DNA from: an uncultured virus (IMG/VR IMGVR_UViG_3300027736_000023)
Taxonomy: Duplodnaviria; Heunggongvirae; Uroviricota; Caudoviricetes
Reading direction: 5' to 3' (one strand)
DNA length: 64,000 nt
Virus record (IMG/VR): IMGVR_UViG_3300027736_000023
The position numbers were made by a program, and so were the translations under genes. This document shows, in pieces, positions 29,545 to 37,707 of this stretch. Every line of letters starts with the position of its first letter. The stretch's first letter is position 1. The notes under the pieces were generated by a model. The model was not told the origin of the DNA and did no database searches. It worked only from the letters and a program-made list of their open reading frames with translations.

Positions 29545-32500
29545 ATGGCACAAAAATTAAATTTGAATAATTATAAAGCTAGTGGTGTTTACACAGTTGA
29601 GATTGATGAAAGCTCAAATCTTAGCTTACCGTTATCTACTGGTAAATTAGTAATAGGTTCAAGTAAAAAAGGACCAATTAACTCAGTTGTATTGGTTAAT
29701 GATACTCGTACATTAACTGCAGTATATGGAGAAATTGATAATAAATTAGAAAAAAACGGTAGTTTCTTTCATAGAACAATTGATGTTGCTTTAAGACAAG
29801 GACCAGTATATGCATTAAATGTATTACCAGTTAGTGCAACAGATAAAGCCTTTTTTAGAACATTTAATACTGAATCTGCTTCAAATAACTCAACTTTTAG
29901 TGAAAGTACAAATGACAGCGCAATGTCAAATTTTTATAATAGTCAAAAATTATGGTTTGCAGACACAGATGCAGTTAATAAGTATAAAAATATTGAATTA
30001 GGTGATGATTATATTGCTAGTCCAACTACATATGGTACAGCTGATCGCGATGCAAATAAAATTTTAACAATGGTAAATCTTTCAAAGAAAGATATTACAA
30101 CATGGATTAGAATCGCAGATACTACCGGTTATGATATATCAGTTAAAGATTATTATAAATTATTAGGAGATACTGCTGAAGTTCCAGAATTTTTAAGCCC
30201 TGATGATATTATTGCTGACTTTTTTGTTGAAGTAATTGTGGTTGAAGGAGACTGGACTGATAATTTAAAATTAGCAAATGACCCAGTTTATAGTCAATAT
30301 TTTACAACAACTGGTATAATTGATGCTAAAATTGGAGATTTTGTTTCAATTAAAGAGGTTACACTGGTTGCAAAAGTTCAAGGAAGTATAATTCCTGAAT
30401 TTAAAGACCTAACTGGCACAACCGTTTCTATTGATGCACTATTTAATCGTAGATTTGCTCAAAGTGGAATATATTTAGCAATTGACTATAAGAAAATTGA
30501 TTTAATGGATTTAACTAATGGTAGTTTTTCAAGTGGTTCAAGTACTGAGCCAATTTCAGAACAACGCCTTGACTTAATTGGATCTGGAGTTGATGAATTA
30601 AATTCAGGTACAACTGATTTAAATGTAATTACTGAAACTAATTTATACACAGTAGATGATGATACTAATGTTCATCAAGCTGTAAATTTAATTGATGTCT
30701 TAAGTTATAAAAAACCAGTATCTTCAGAGTTTTATTTTGAATTAGATAGTATTACAGCAACGGCAGCAACTACCTATGCACAAGGTGACGTTTATATTTT
30801 TGTAACTGATACAGATACAATTGTTGCAACCGAAGGAAGTAAGTTATATAGTGCATGGGCAAATGGTTTTGTTAAAAACGGAGACTATTTAAAATATAGT
30901 TCAACTATTCTATATTTAGCAACTACTGGAGAAATTAAAACTAAAAATTCAGTTAAGTATGTTGTATTTGAAACATACAGTGATGTAACTAGAACAGTTC
31001 AAGTTAATGCACAAAAAACAACAGTAAATGGAGTTAATTTCTTATGGATTCAACAAGCAGCAGATGAAGATTTTTTAATGGACTTTGACTTAACTGACTC
31101 TGACTATTTTGTTTCATATTCGTATTTAGCTCCAAATAAATTAATTTTTACAGTTGATCCTACCCTTTATGGTAACACAGCAAAGGGCGAATCAATTATA
31201 ACAAATGCAGCACAAGGAATTGTATATGATGCAACTAAAAGATTACTAGTTGATTCATATATGAAAGTTGGTCAATATATCAAAGCTAAAATTAAAACTG
31301 ATGCAAATGGAGATCCTCTTTCTAGAAATAGAATGTTACAGATTAAATCAGTATACGCACAAAAGGTATTAAATATAACTGGCGGACCCTCAAGTGTACC
31401 AGGTTTAATAAGTTTAAAGTATACAATTACCTTATCTTCACCAAGTGATCCAAATATATTAGGTATTAATTTTGAAAGTGATACAACAATTAGAGCATAT
31501 AAAGGAATAAAGAAATATATTACAAGTTTAGCCGGTGCAAAAATACCAGCAATGAATTTATCTGAAGTTGATCTTTATCCAAATGGAACAGCTGCTCGTC
31601 AAAATGATATTTTAGATTTCTTATTTGACAGTAGTAATTTAGCAACTACTCTTGCTGATAATGAGACTGTTGATTTTCGTTATATTATTGACTCGTTTGA
31701 AGGTCAAATCCAGTCTGGTTCAAAACAGCAATTGGCACAGTTAGCTGCAAATCATGGAAAAGCCCTGGCAATTTGTAATGCACCTTCATTTGCACAATAC
31801 GAACGATCAGTAGATCCTAGCTTTATTGATTTTACAACTAGATTAGTTTCAACCGAAGCAATTTCAACCGGTGGAGACCTAACATCAAATCCTTCATTTA
31901 CATTTGGATTTGCAACTGGAGATAAAGGAGGTATTGCGGTTTCGACCTATTCTGCCTATTTTATGCCAAATGTAGTTATTTTTGAAAATGGTAAGAATAA
32001 ATCTATTCCACCAGCAATGTATGTTGCAAATACCTTTATGAGAAAATATTCAAGCGGTAATACATTCTCAATTGTAGCAGGTAAAAATGGTATTTTAGCT
32101 GAACCAGAAATTAGTGGATTAGAATATGACTTAACTAATGATGATCGTGCCTATTTAGAGCCAGCCGGATTTAACTTAATTGTTAGACGTAGAGGTTTTG
32201 GAATAATGATATTCTCTAATAATACAGGTTTTCAAAGAGTAAGAAGTGCCCTAAATAATATACACGTTAGAGAAGCCTTAGTTACAATTGAAAGAGATGT
32301 TGAGAGAATTTTACTTAATTTCTTATTTGAATTTAATGATGCAACTACCAGAATGAGAGTTAAAACCTTAGTTAAAAACTACCTATCTGCCGTTCAAGAA
32401 GCTCGAGGTATTGCAACTGCTGAAGTTATATTTGATGATTCAAATAATGGAGTTGAAGTGCTTGAAAATAATGCTGGAATAATTGATATTATTGTAGATT

Positions 32501-32598
32501 TCCCAAGAGGAATACACAAATTTATCAACCGTATTACAATCACAAGAGCTGGAGGCCAATTAGCTTCAAGTTCTTCAGGATTTACACCTTCATTCTAA
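29545..32598 (+). CDS. gp18: Contractile tail sheath protein (gp18-like) with large central insertions
   Basis: ASGVYTVEID and G.SKKGPINS.V N-terminus; IPPAMYV, RAYL...FN.I, LNNIHVRE and FLFEFND..TR C-terminal sheath motifs. Confidence 0.92.
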   Translation: MAQKLNLNNYKASGVYTVEIDESSNLSLPLSTGKLVIGSSKKGPINSVVLVNDTRTLTAVYGEIDNKLEKNGSFFHRTIDVALRQGPVYALNVLPVSATDKAFFRTFNTESASNNSTFSESTNDSAMSNFYNSQKLWFADTDAVNKYKNIELGDDYIASPTTYGTADRDANKILTMVNLSKKDITTWIRIADTTGYDISVKDYYKLLGDTAEVPEFLSPDDIIADFFVEVIVVEGDWTDNLKLANDPVYSQYFTTTGIIDAKIGDFVSIKEVTLVAKVQGSIIPEFKDLTGTTVSIDALFNRRFAQSGIYLAIDYKKIDLMDLTNGSFSSGSSTEPISEQRLDLIGSGVDELNSGTTDLNVITETNLYTVDDDTNVHQAVNLIDVLSYKKPVSSEFYFELDSITATAATTYAQGDVYIFVTDTDTIVATEGSKLYSAWANGFVKNGDYLKYSSTILYLATTGEIKTKNSVKYVVFETYSDVTRTVQVNAQKTTVNGVNFLWIQQAADEDFLMDFDLTDSDYFVSYSYLAPNKLIFTVDPTLYGNTAKGESIITNAAQGIVYDATKRLLVDSYMKVGQYIKAKIKTDANGDPLSRNRMLQIKSVYAQKVLNITGGPSSVPGLISLKYTITLSSPSDPNILGINFESDTTIRAYKGIKKYITSLAGAKIPAMNLSEVDLYPNGTAARQNDILDFLFDSSNLATTLADNETVDFRYIIDSFEGQIQSGSKQQLAQLAANHGKALAICNAPSFAQYERSVDPSFIDFTTRLVSTEAISTGGDLTSNPSFTFGFATGDKGGIAVSTYSAYFMPNVVIFENGKNKSIPPAMYVANTFMRKYSSGNTFSIVAGKNGILAEPEISGLEYDLTNDDRAYLEPAGFNLIVRRRGFGIMIFSNNTGFQRVRSALNNIHVREALVTIERDVERILLNFLFEFNDATTRMRVKTLVKNYLSAVQEARGIATAEVIFDDSNNGVEVLENNAGIIDIIVDFPRGIHKFINRITITRAGGQLASSSSGFTPSF

Positions 32599-32619
32599 TT
32601 AAAAAAGTTTAATACAAAT

Positions 32620-32650
32620 AAAAAAGGACCTCAATTTGAAGTCCTTTTTT
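32620..32650. terminator. Bidirectional intrinsic terminator
   Basis: aaaaaaggac...gtcctttttt between convergent genes. Confidence 0.8.
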
Positions 32651-32741
32651 TATTTAGGTCAAGCCAGTTAAGCCGTATCCACCAATCGGTTTAGAGGTCC
32701 GATAACCTTATTTAAAATAATAACCAAGCCGGCAGGTTAAT

Positions 32742-33029
32742 TTAATCTTTAATTAATTGTTTTTTTGCTTCGCACTTATCAATACGTGAATCAACGTAAG
32801 AGTGAAGCTGATCTATTCTTTGACCTGTTTGCTTATGCAAGTCATCGACTAAACGATGTGTATCTTGGAAGTTTTTATCCAATCTATTTTCTGCATGGTG
32901 CATGTGATCTTCTATACTTTGTATTTGGTTTTGCTGTTTTAATACCTTCACAATACCCATAACAATAACTGTTAATATAATAACAGCTACTACAGAGAGT
33001 ACTCCAAAAGTAAATGATAGTGTTTCCAT
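32742..33029 (-). CDS. Small membrane protein (N-terminal TM helix plus coiled coil)
   Basis: FTFGVLSVVAVIILTVIVMGIV hydrophobic run followed by heptad-like polar sequence. Confidence 0.7.
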   Translation of the reverse strand: METLSFTFGVLSVVAVIILTVIVMGIVKVLKQQNQIQSIEDHMHHAENRLDKNFQDTHRLVDDLHKQTGQRIDQLHSYVDSRIDKCEAKKQLIKD

Positions 33030-33069
33030 ATGTTTATTTTGTTTTTTTAGTTGCCGGCAAGGCTACTAT

Positions 33070-33660
33070 TTAATCTTTTAAATTGGTAAAGATCTCTTCC
33101 AATACTCTAATTGTATCAGTTGAGTCATTATGAAAAACCGAGGTTCCACCGGCTGCTGCCCAATCCTCTAATTTTTTATGATTATCATCAATTAATATAT
33201 CATTAGCTGACTTTGCAAATAGATATTTGTCTTTTGCAATAATAAGATGAGTTGTATCAGTTAACCCGTCAGGTTTTAATACGGGCTTTTCATTAATATT
33301 TAAATTACGTTTTACCCATTCAGTTTTACCAGAGACTGAGTGTTCTCCACGACTTGGAGAAGTTAAAATAGTTGGATTATATCGGCTAAGATAGTCCCAT
33401 AATTCGCGGCCGTCTTTTGTCCATGGCAGTTTTTCCCAAAATGCAGAGCCACGGTCATCAATTAGTTTCCAAATTGAGTTTTTTCCGTGTTTCTTATCGT
33501 ATTCATTAGGTGTTAAATGATCTGGATTTGACTTAAGTCGCTTGAAACCTCGTTTAAAGTCTACTAAAACTCCATCAAGGTCGCAAAATACACGTTTATC
33601 GTCTATTTTTTCCTCGGTTATGAACTGTTTAAATTTTTTAAGCATGGTCGCTGATTTCAA
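33070..33660 (-). CDS. HAD-family 5'(3')-deoxyribonucleotidase-like protein (likely start at 33645, MLKKF)
   Basis: FCDLDGVLVDF, FW.KLPW, ILTSP, GK..W and ILIDD..K...W.AAGG. Confidence 0.85.
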   Translation of the reverse strand: MKSATMLKKFKQFITEEKIDDKRVFCDLDGVLVDFKRGFKRLKSNPDHLTPNEYDKKHGKNSIWKLIDDRGSAFWEKLPWTKDGRELWDYLSRYNPTILTSPSRGEHSVSGKTEWVKRNLNINEKPVLKPDGLTDTTHLIIAKDKYLFAKSANDILIDDNHKKLEDWAAAGGTSVFHNDSTDTIRVLEEIFTNLKD

Positions 33661-33970
33661 ATGTTGTGTCTATATCTTTATTTAACACCGCAACTAGATC
33701 ATTTGCCATAACTACATGAAAATCTTCACCAGCCCATTTAACATTTAGGCCAGAGTATCTTTGGTATAGGACATAATCACCTTCTTTTATTGGACACTCA
33801 GAATTTTTTGAAACCATATGGCCTACTGCAATAACAGTACCTGTATTTGGACGCTTTCGAGCCTCAACTGGTAAAATAATACCAGTCTCTGTCTTTTTTT
33901 CAACTGAATCTGGCTTAATTAGAATTCTTTCAAACAATGGCTTAAAGCCGGTTTTTGCATCTGTACTCAT
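33638..33970 (-). CDS. groS: Co-chaperonin GroES
   Basis: FKPLFERILIKP, KTETGIILP, GTVIAVG, GDYVLY.RYSG and DLVAVL. Confidence 0.93.
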   Translation of the reverse strand: MSTDAKTGFKPLFERILIKPDSVEKKTETGIILPVEARKRPNTGTVIAVGHMVSKNSECPIKEGDYVLYQRYSGLNVKWAGEDFHVVMANDLVAVLNKDIDTTFEISDHA

Positions 33971-35079
33971 TAGTTTTTATAATTTTTTTTAAATTTAAAA
34001 TAGTTAAATCGCTTTCTATCATTTAACTTAACTGAATTTGCGATAGCCTCAGTTATCTCGGTTGGAAACATTGCGGTATGTAATCTGATAATAGAACGAT
34101 TACGTAATAGGTTATTCTGGATCGCTAGAGTTTCGCTAGGCTCATCTATTTTTAAGACTTCACATGTAATATTATTAAGTTTAGGCATAAATGCTGAGTC
34201 ACCCGAATCAATTAGACTCTTAATTGTAGTCCAGTCAAATGATTCCTTAACGAGTTCAATTACTCTAGCTGTTTTGGCTGGAGTTAATTTTGGATGAACT
34301 CTTGGAATATTATCAGATTTATCACCAGATAAAACTTTTGTTAAAATATCAAGAGCTGGATCAATTATAAAGTGTTTATAGTCTTTTTTAGTAAGATTCT
34401 CTAATACATTTACCACAGTTGAATTATCTAATGAATCTATTTCAAAATTAAATAGGTCTACATCAGTATTTACAGAATCATTGATATCTGCAGTGGTATA
34501 GATTTTCTTAAATTTAGTCATCATTTTTGGCATTATCATAATTACTTTACGAGATCCACCTTCTAATAATTGAGTTAAGTCAGTATCAACTGACCAAATA
34601 CAGATATCTTCATTTAAATTTTCGCAAATGTATGCAATTAAGTCATCGCCTTCAGCTCCAGTAACCCGATTTGATAAGATTCCATATTCCTCGGTTAGAG
34701 TAGGTAAAACTTCAGTTTGAAAGTAGTCAAAAAATAGATAAATTTTGTCATCATATTTGCGGTTACCTTTATATGAAAAGTCGCCAGCTCCATGATCTTC
34801 AAACTGCTCTTTTATAAATTTCTTTCTCCAACTCTTTGAGTCAAATACAAAAAATACCGAAGAGATATTTTCTTTAAAAGGAGCAAAGATACTACCTAAA
34901 TAATTTAATGAAAACGATTTAAATGCATCTTTGCTAGCCTGTTTTAACATAAATTTATCAGTTGACCATAAATCTGAAACATAATATTTTTCGCCAATGC
35001 TTTTATTTGTAGATAGAATATTTTTTACAATACTTACTGCCACATTCAAAAATGCATTACCGTCTATTACTATGTTCAT
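33970..35079 (-). CDS. rnh: T4 RNase H-like 5'-3' exonuclease (FEN family)
   Basis: IVIDGN, FVFD..SWRK, YKGNRK, EGDDLIA, SVDTDLTQL and GDKSDNIP. Confidence 0.9.
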   Translation of the reverse strand: MNIVIDGNAFLNVAVSIVKNILSTNKSIGEKYYVSDLWSTDKFMLKQASKDAFKSFSLNYLGSIFAPFKENISSVFFVFDSKSWRKKFIKEQFEDHGAGDFSYKGNRKYDDKIYLFFDYFQTEVLPTLTEEYGILSNRVTGAEGDDLIAYICENLNEDICIWSVDTDLTQLLEGGSRKVIMIMPKMMTKFKKIYTTADINDSVNTDVDLFNFEIDSLDNSTVVNVLENLTKKDYKHFIIDPALDILTKVLSGDKSDNIPRVHPKLTPAKTARVIELVKESFDWTTIKSLIDSGDSAFMPKLNNITCEVLKIDEPSETLAIQNNLLRNRSIIRLHTAMFPTEITEAIANSVKLNDRKRFNYFKFKKNYKN

Positions 35080-35082
35080 AAT

Positions 35083-35403
35083 TTAGTTTTTATCAATTGA
35101 ATTAACTTCTGGTTTTACACTTAATTTAGTAATTGATTTAGCAATTAATTCAGCTTCCTCAATTGTATATGCGCCTTTTCCTTGAGCATGAGTGGCGGCT
35201 GCAATTAAAACAATTACAGCATGTTCAAGAGTTAAATTGTTTAAAAACTTATTGTAATCTTCTAGACTTTCATAGCTAATGCTAGATAGCAAAGTAGCTA
35301 ATGGCTTCTTAGGATTAGTTTCAGAATTTTCAGTTTCAGTCTTGATTTCTTCAACTTCAGGTTTAGCTGGAGCAGCGGTTGTCATGTATGTAGAGTCTTT
35401 CAT
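35083..35403 (-). CDS. Hypothetical protein
   Basis: 106-aa ORF between the ssb and rnh genes. Confidence 0.7.
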   Translation of the reverse strand: MKDSTYMTTAAPAKPEVEEIKTETENSETNPKKPLATLLSSISYESLEDYNKFLNNLTLEHAVIVLIAAATHAQGKGAYTIEEAELIAKSITKLSVKPEVNSIDKN

Positions 35404-35479
35404 TTTAATATAATTTTTTAAAGATCATTAAATATTGAATCTAATTCATCAACTTCAGGTTTAGCTGGAGCAGCGGTTG
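35351..35479. repeat. Perfect 31-bp direct repeat (35351-35381 and 35449-35479)
   Basis: tcaacttcaggtttagctggagcagcggttg occurs twice, 98 bp apart. Confidence 0.95.
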
Positions 35480-36461
35480 GTTTAGATGCAGTAGAGCCTA
35501 ACATATCAGAGTCAATATCAATTGAGATAGAGGTACCCTTTGTTTGAGGAGCGGCTGGCGTAAATTCTAATGATTCTCCAGCTGGAGCAACAGTTCTTGA
35601 AATTGATTTTGTATTTGTAAAATGCTTCTTCATACGTTCATCCTTTAATCCACCTACTAAATTATCAATAATTTGTTTATATGGAACAATTGCTTTGATA
35701 TATTCTGCAACTTTTTCATATTCATAATCAGTCCAATCTTTATAGAAATATTGAGTTAAGTCAGGAGAATTTTCTTTAAAGTATTTAGAGACAAATTGCA
35801 TTACCTTTGGATCATTAGAGGTTGGAATTTCCTTGCCTTGAGTTGTAATAATTAATGGGCTAACTTCGCTCATAAATTTACTTGAACTAAAATCTCTCCA
35901 TGCTTTGGTTTTACGTTTAATAACTAGCACAAAATCTTTTCCAGCAGTTAATGAAAATGGATTAACTTTTTGAATAGTCATTAACTCAGATTCTGGATTA
36001 ATTTCCTGTTGAATTAAATTATCAATAGTATATCCATATGAATATATTTTAATTTTACCTTCCATGTTTGGATATTGTGGATCCTTTTTAATGTAAATAC
36101 ATGAATAGAAATTATAGTATCGGTTATAATACTTTTTAATTTCTTCTACAATTGAAGGCTCGTCTGTTGCTAATTTCTTTAATTCCATATCAAGAGACCA
36201 TAAGATTGATGGACTTCCATTGGTAGAAGGACAATCAACGAGTAGGCGCTCATTGGTTAAAGGGTTAATTAATTTAGCAGCATACTTTTTGTATTTGCTC
36301 TTTGATGGATCTCCAACCCAAGGAATAAATCGAATAATCGATTTGTAAATTCCATTTTGTCCTTGATCTGGACCTGGATTGTAAATGTTGTCATCGGTTT
36401 TGCGTTGACTTGCGGCCTTGCCGGTAAAGTCGTCTGTGTTTAGATTGAATAGATCTTCCAT
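35418..36461 (-). CDS. gp32: Single-stranded DNA-binding protein (T4 gp32-like)
   Basis: IIRFIP, DCPST, IKKDP..P..EGKIKIY.YG, NPFSL..GKDF.L and SSKF; acidic C-terminus DELDSIFNDL. Confidence 0.85.
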   Translation of the reverse strand: MEDLFNLNTDDFTGKAASQRKTDDNIYNPGPDQGQNGIYKSIIRFIPWVGDPSKSKYKKYAAKLINPLTNERLLVDCPSTNGSPSILWSLDMELKKLATDEPSIVEEIKKYYNRYYNFYSCIYIKKDPQYPNMEGKIKIYSYGYTIDNLIQQEINPESELMTIQKVNPFSLTAGKDFVLVIKRKTKAWRDFSSSKFMSEVSPLIITTQGKEIPTSNDPKVMQFVSKYFKENSPDLTQYFYKDWTDYEYEKVAEYIKAIVPYKQIIDNLVGGLKDERMKKHFTNTKSISRTVAPAGESLEFTPAAPQTKGTSISIDIDSDMLGSTASKPTAAPAKPEVDELDSIFNDL

Positions 36462-36496
36462 TTTTCTTTTTATTGATTTTTATATTACTTATATAA

Positions 36497-36524
36497 ATTA
36501 TACTATATAATTTAATTCTGGTTT
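36497..36524 (-). promoter_or_regulatory. AAACC-N17-TATAAT promoter-like motif
   Basis: attata at 36497-36502 and ggttt at 36520-36524, upstream of gp32. Confidence 0.6.
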
Positions 36525-36528
36525 CAAT

Positions 36529-36558
36529 AAAAAAGGGCATAGTGATTAGCTTGCCCTT
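36529..36558 (-). terminator. Intrinsic terminator after the Hc1-like gene
   Basis: aagggca...tgccctt stem with an A run (T run on the minus strand). Confidence 0.7.
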
Positions 36559-36580
36559 AATTTAATAATAAGTAATTAGA

Positions 36581-36772
36581 TTATGCTTTAGGAGCAGTAG
36601 TCTTTGTTGCTTGAATGTGGGTACGACCTTCTTGACATGAAGCTTTAATTTCTTGTAAAAGGGCACGAGAACGAGTTCCAGCTGTTTTATTACCTTTTTC
36701 GTAAAATTTAGTAGTTTCAGTTTCTAATTGACTGATTGAGTTTTTAAGGGTTTCTAACCATGTTGGTGTCAT
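36581..36772 (-). CDS. Histone H1-like Hc1-family small basic protein
   Basis: KFYEKGNKTAGTRSR..LQEIK.....R resembles the Hc1-like signature KGNKAAGTRAR; has its own promoter and terminator. Confidence 0.7.
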   Translation of the reverse strand: MTPTWLETLKNSISQLETETTKFYEKGNKTAGTRSRALLQEIKASCQEGRTHIQATKTTAPKA

Positions 36773-36794
36773 ATTAATATAGTATTTTTAGAGT

Positions 36795-36821
36795 ATTATA
36801 TTAAGAAATATCACCCGGTTT
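36795..36821 (-). promoter_or_regulatory. AAACC-N16-TATAAT promoter-like motif
   Basis: attata at 36795-36800 and ggttt at 36817-36821. Confidence 0.6.
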
Positions 36822-36866
36822 TAAGTATATTAAAAAACATCACTAATTTTAACCTTTAGCTAGTGA

Positions 36867-37418
36867 TTACTTTGATCTTAAAAATACTACTTCTAAATTG
36901 TCACTAGTTGGATTTTTAAAATTGTCATCTGAATCAAATGTAACATCAACTGTACCTTTATCTACTCCAAGTAAACCATCGGTTACTTCTTCTTTAAACT
37001 CCGAGTAAATATTTGCAGGAAAGTCTCTTCTTCCAGCAAGGGCAGCCATTACTAAATCTTTATCTGATTCCATTTTATGAACCTCTAACCACTTAGTAAG
37101 AGCCTCTGGCTCTATTTCATATTGAGTAAATCTCTTAACACCACCTTGGCCATCGTGTGCACCGAACCATTTTTTATTCTCTGCATCCTGAATAAAAATA
37201 ATTTTTGGAGAAGTAGTAGCCGCTGGAGTAACCGGCGGAGCATTCGGATCAGGCGGAAGGCCGGCTCCCATATCTGGAGGAGGTGGCATTGCCATATCTG
37301 GAGCAGGAGGCGGTGGCGGCGGCGGTGGCGGTGGTATTGCAGCATCTGGCGCAGGAGGTGCTGCAGGCTCATCCTCTAATAATAAATTCTTAAATTCTTT
37401 AAATTCTAATATTCTCAT
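36867..37418 (-). CDS. Polyproline-containing protein, candidate internal head protein
   Basis: Long polyproline tract; N-terminus MRILEFKEFKNLLLE; exact TATAAATA upstream. Confidence 0.7.
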   Translation of the reverse strand: MRILEFKEFKNLLLEDEPAAPPAPDAAIPPPPPPPPPPAPDMAMPPPPDMGAGLPPDPNAPPVTPAATTSPKIIFIQDAENKKWFGAHDGQGGVKRFTQYEIEPEALTKWLEVHKMESDKDLVMAALAGRRDFPANIYSEFKEEVTDGLLGVDKGTVDVTFDSDDNFKNPTSDNLEVVFLRSK

Positions 37419-37444
37419 AGGTATTAATTATATTTTTACTAGTT

Positions 37445-37452
37445 TATTTATA
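37445..37452 (-). promoter_or_regulatory. T4-type late promoter TATAAATA
   Basis: tatttata on the + strand, about 27 nt upstream of the 37418 start. Confidence 0.65.
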
Positions 37453-37453
37453 C

Positions 37454-37481
37454 AAAAAAAGCGGGAAATTAATTTCCCGCC
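37454..37481 (-). terminator. Intrinsic terminator after the nrdJ operon
   Basis: gcgggaaatt-aatttcccgc perfect inverted repeat plus a 7-A run. Confidence 0.85.
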
Positions 37482-37497
37482 TAAATTAGGTTATAGA

Positions 37498-37707
37498 TTA
37501 GTGAAGCCTTAAAGTTGAACCGGCTTGATGGATTGGATCATATGGGCAGTGTTTACAACCATTTCCGCAACATGAACCTCGCTTTGTATGATATTGTTTG
37601 GTCATTATTAGATTACCGTTTTTGTAATAATAGTCGGCATTTTTATAACTACTAATATATTCAACATATAACTGATAAATCCAGTCATATTTAGCTGGAA
37701 TTATCAT
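37498..37707 (-). CDS. Small Cys-rich protein (DUF5522-like)
   Basis: DYYYKNGNLIMT..YH.KRGSCCGNGCKHCPY. Confidence 0.75.
   Translation of the reverse strand: MIIPAKYDWIYQLYVEYISSYKNADYYYKNGNLIMTKQYHTKRGSCCGNGCKHCPYDPIHQAGSTLRLH

Noticed and set aside
32656..32740. tRNA in a GC-richer intergenic stretch
   Set aside because: No cloverleaf, T-loop GTTC motif or acceptor stem could be built.
37112..37379. Arg-rich ORFs overlapping the polyproline gene
   Set aside because: By-products of the CCG/CCA-rich proline tract read in other frames.
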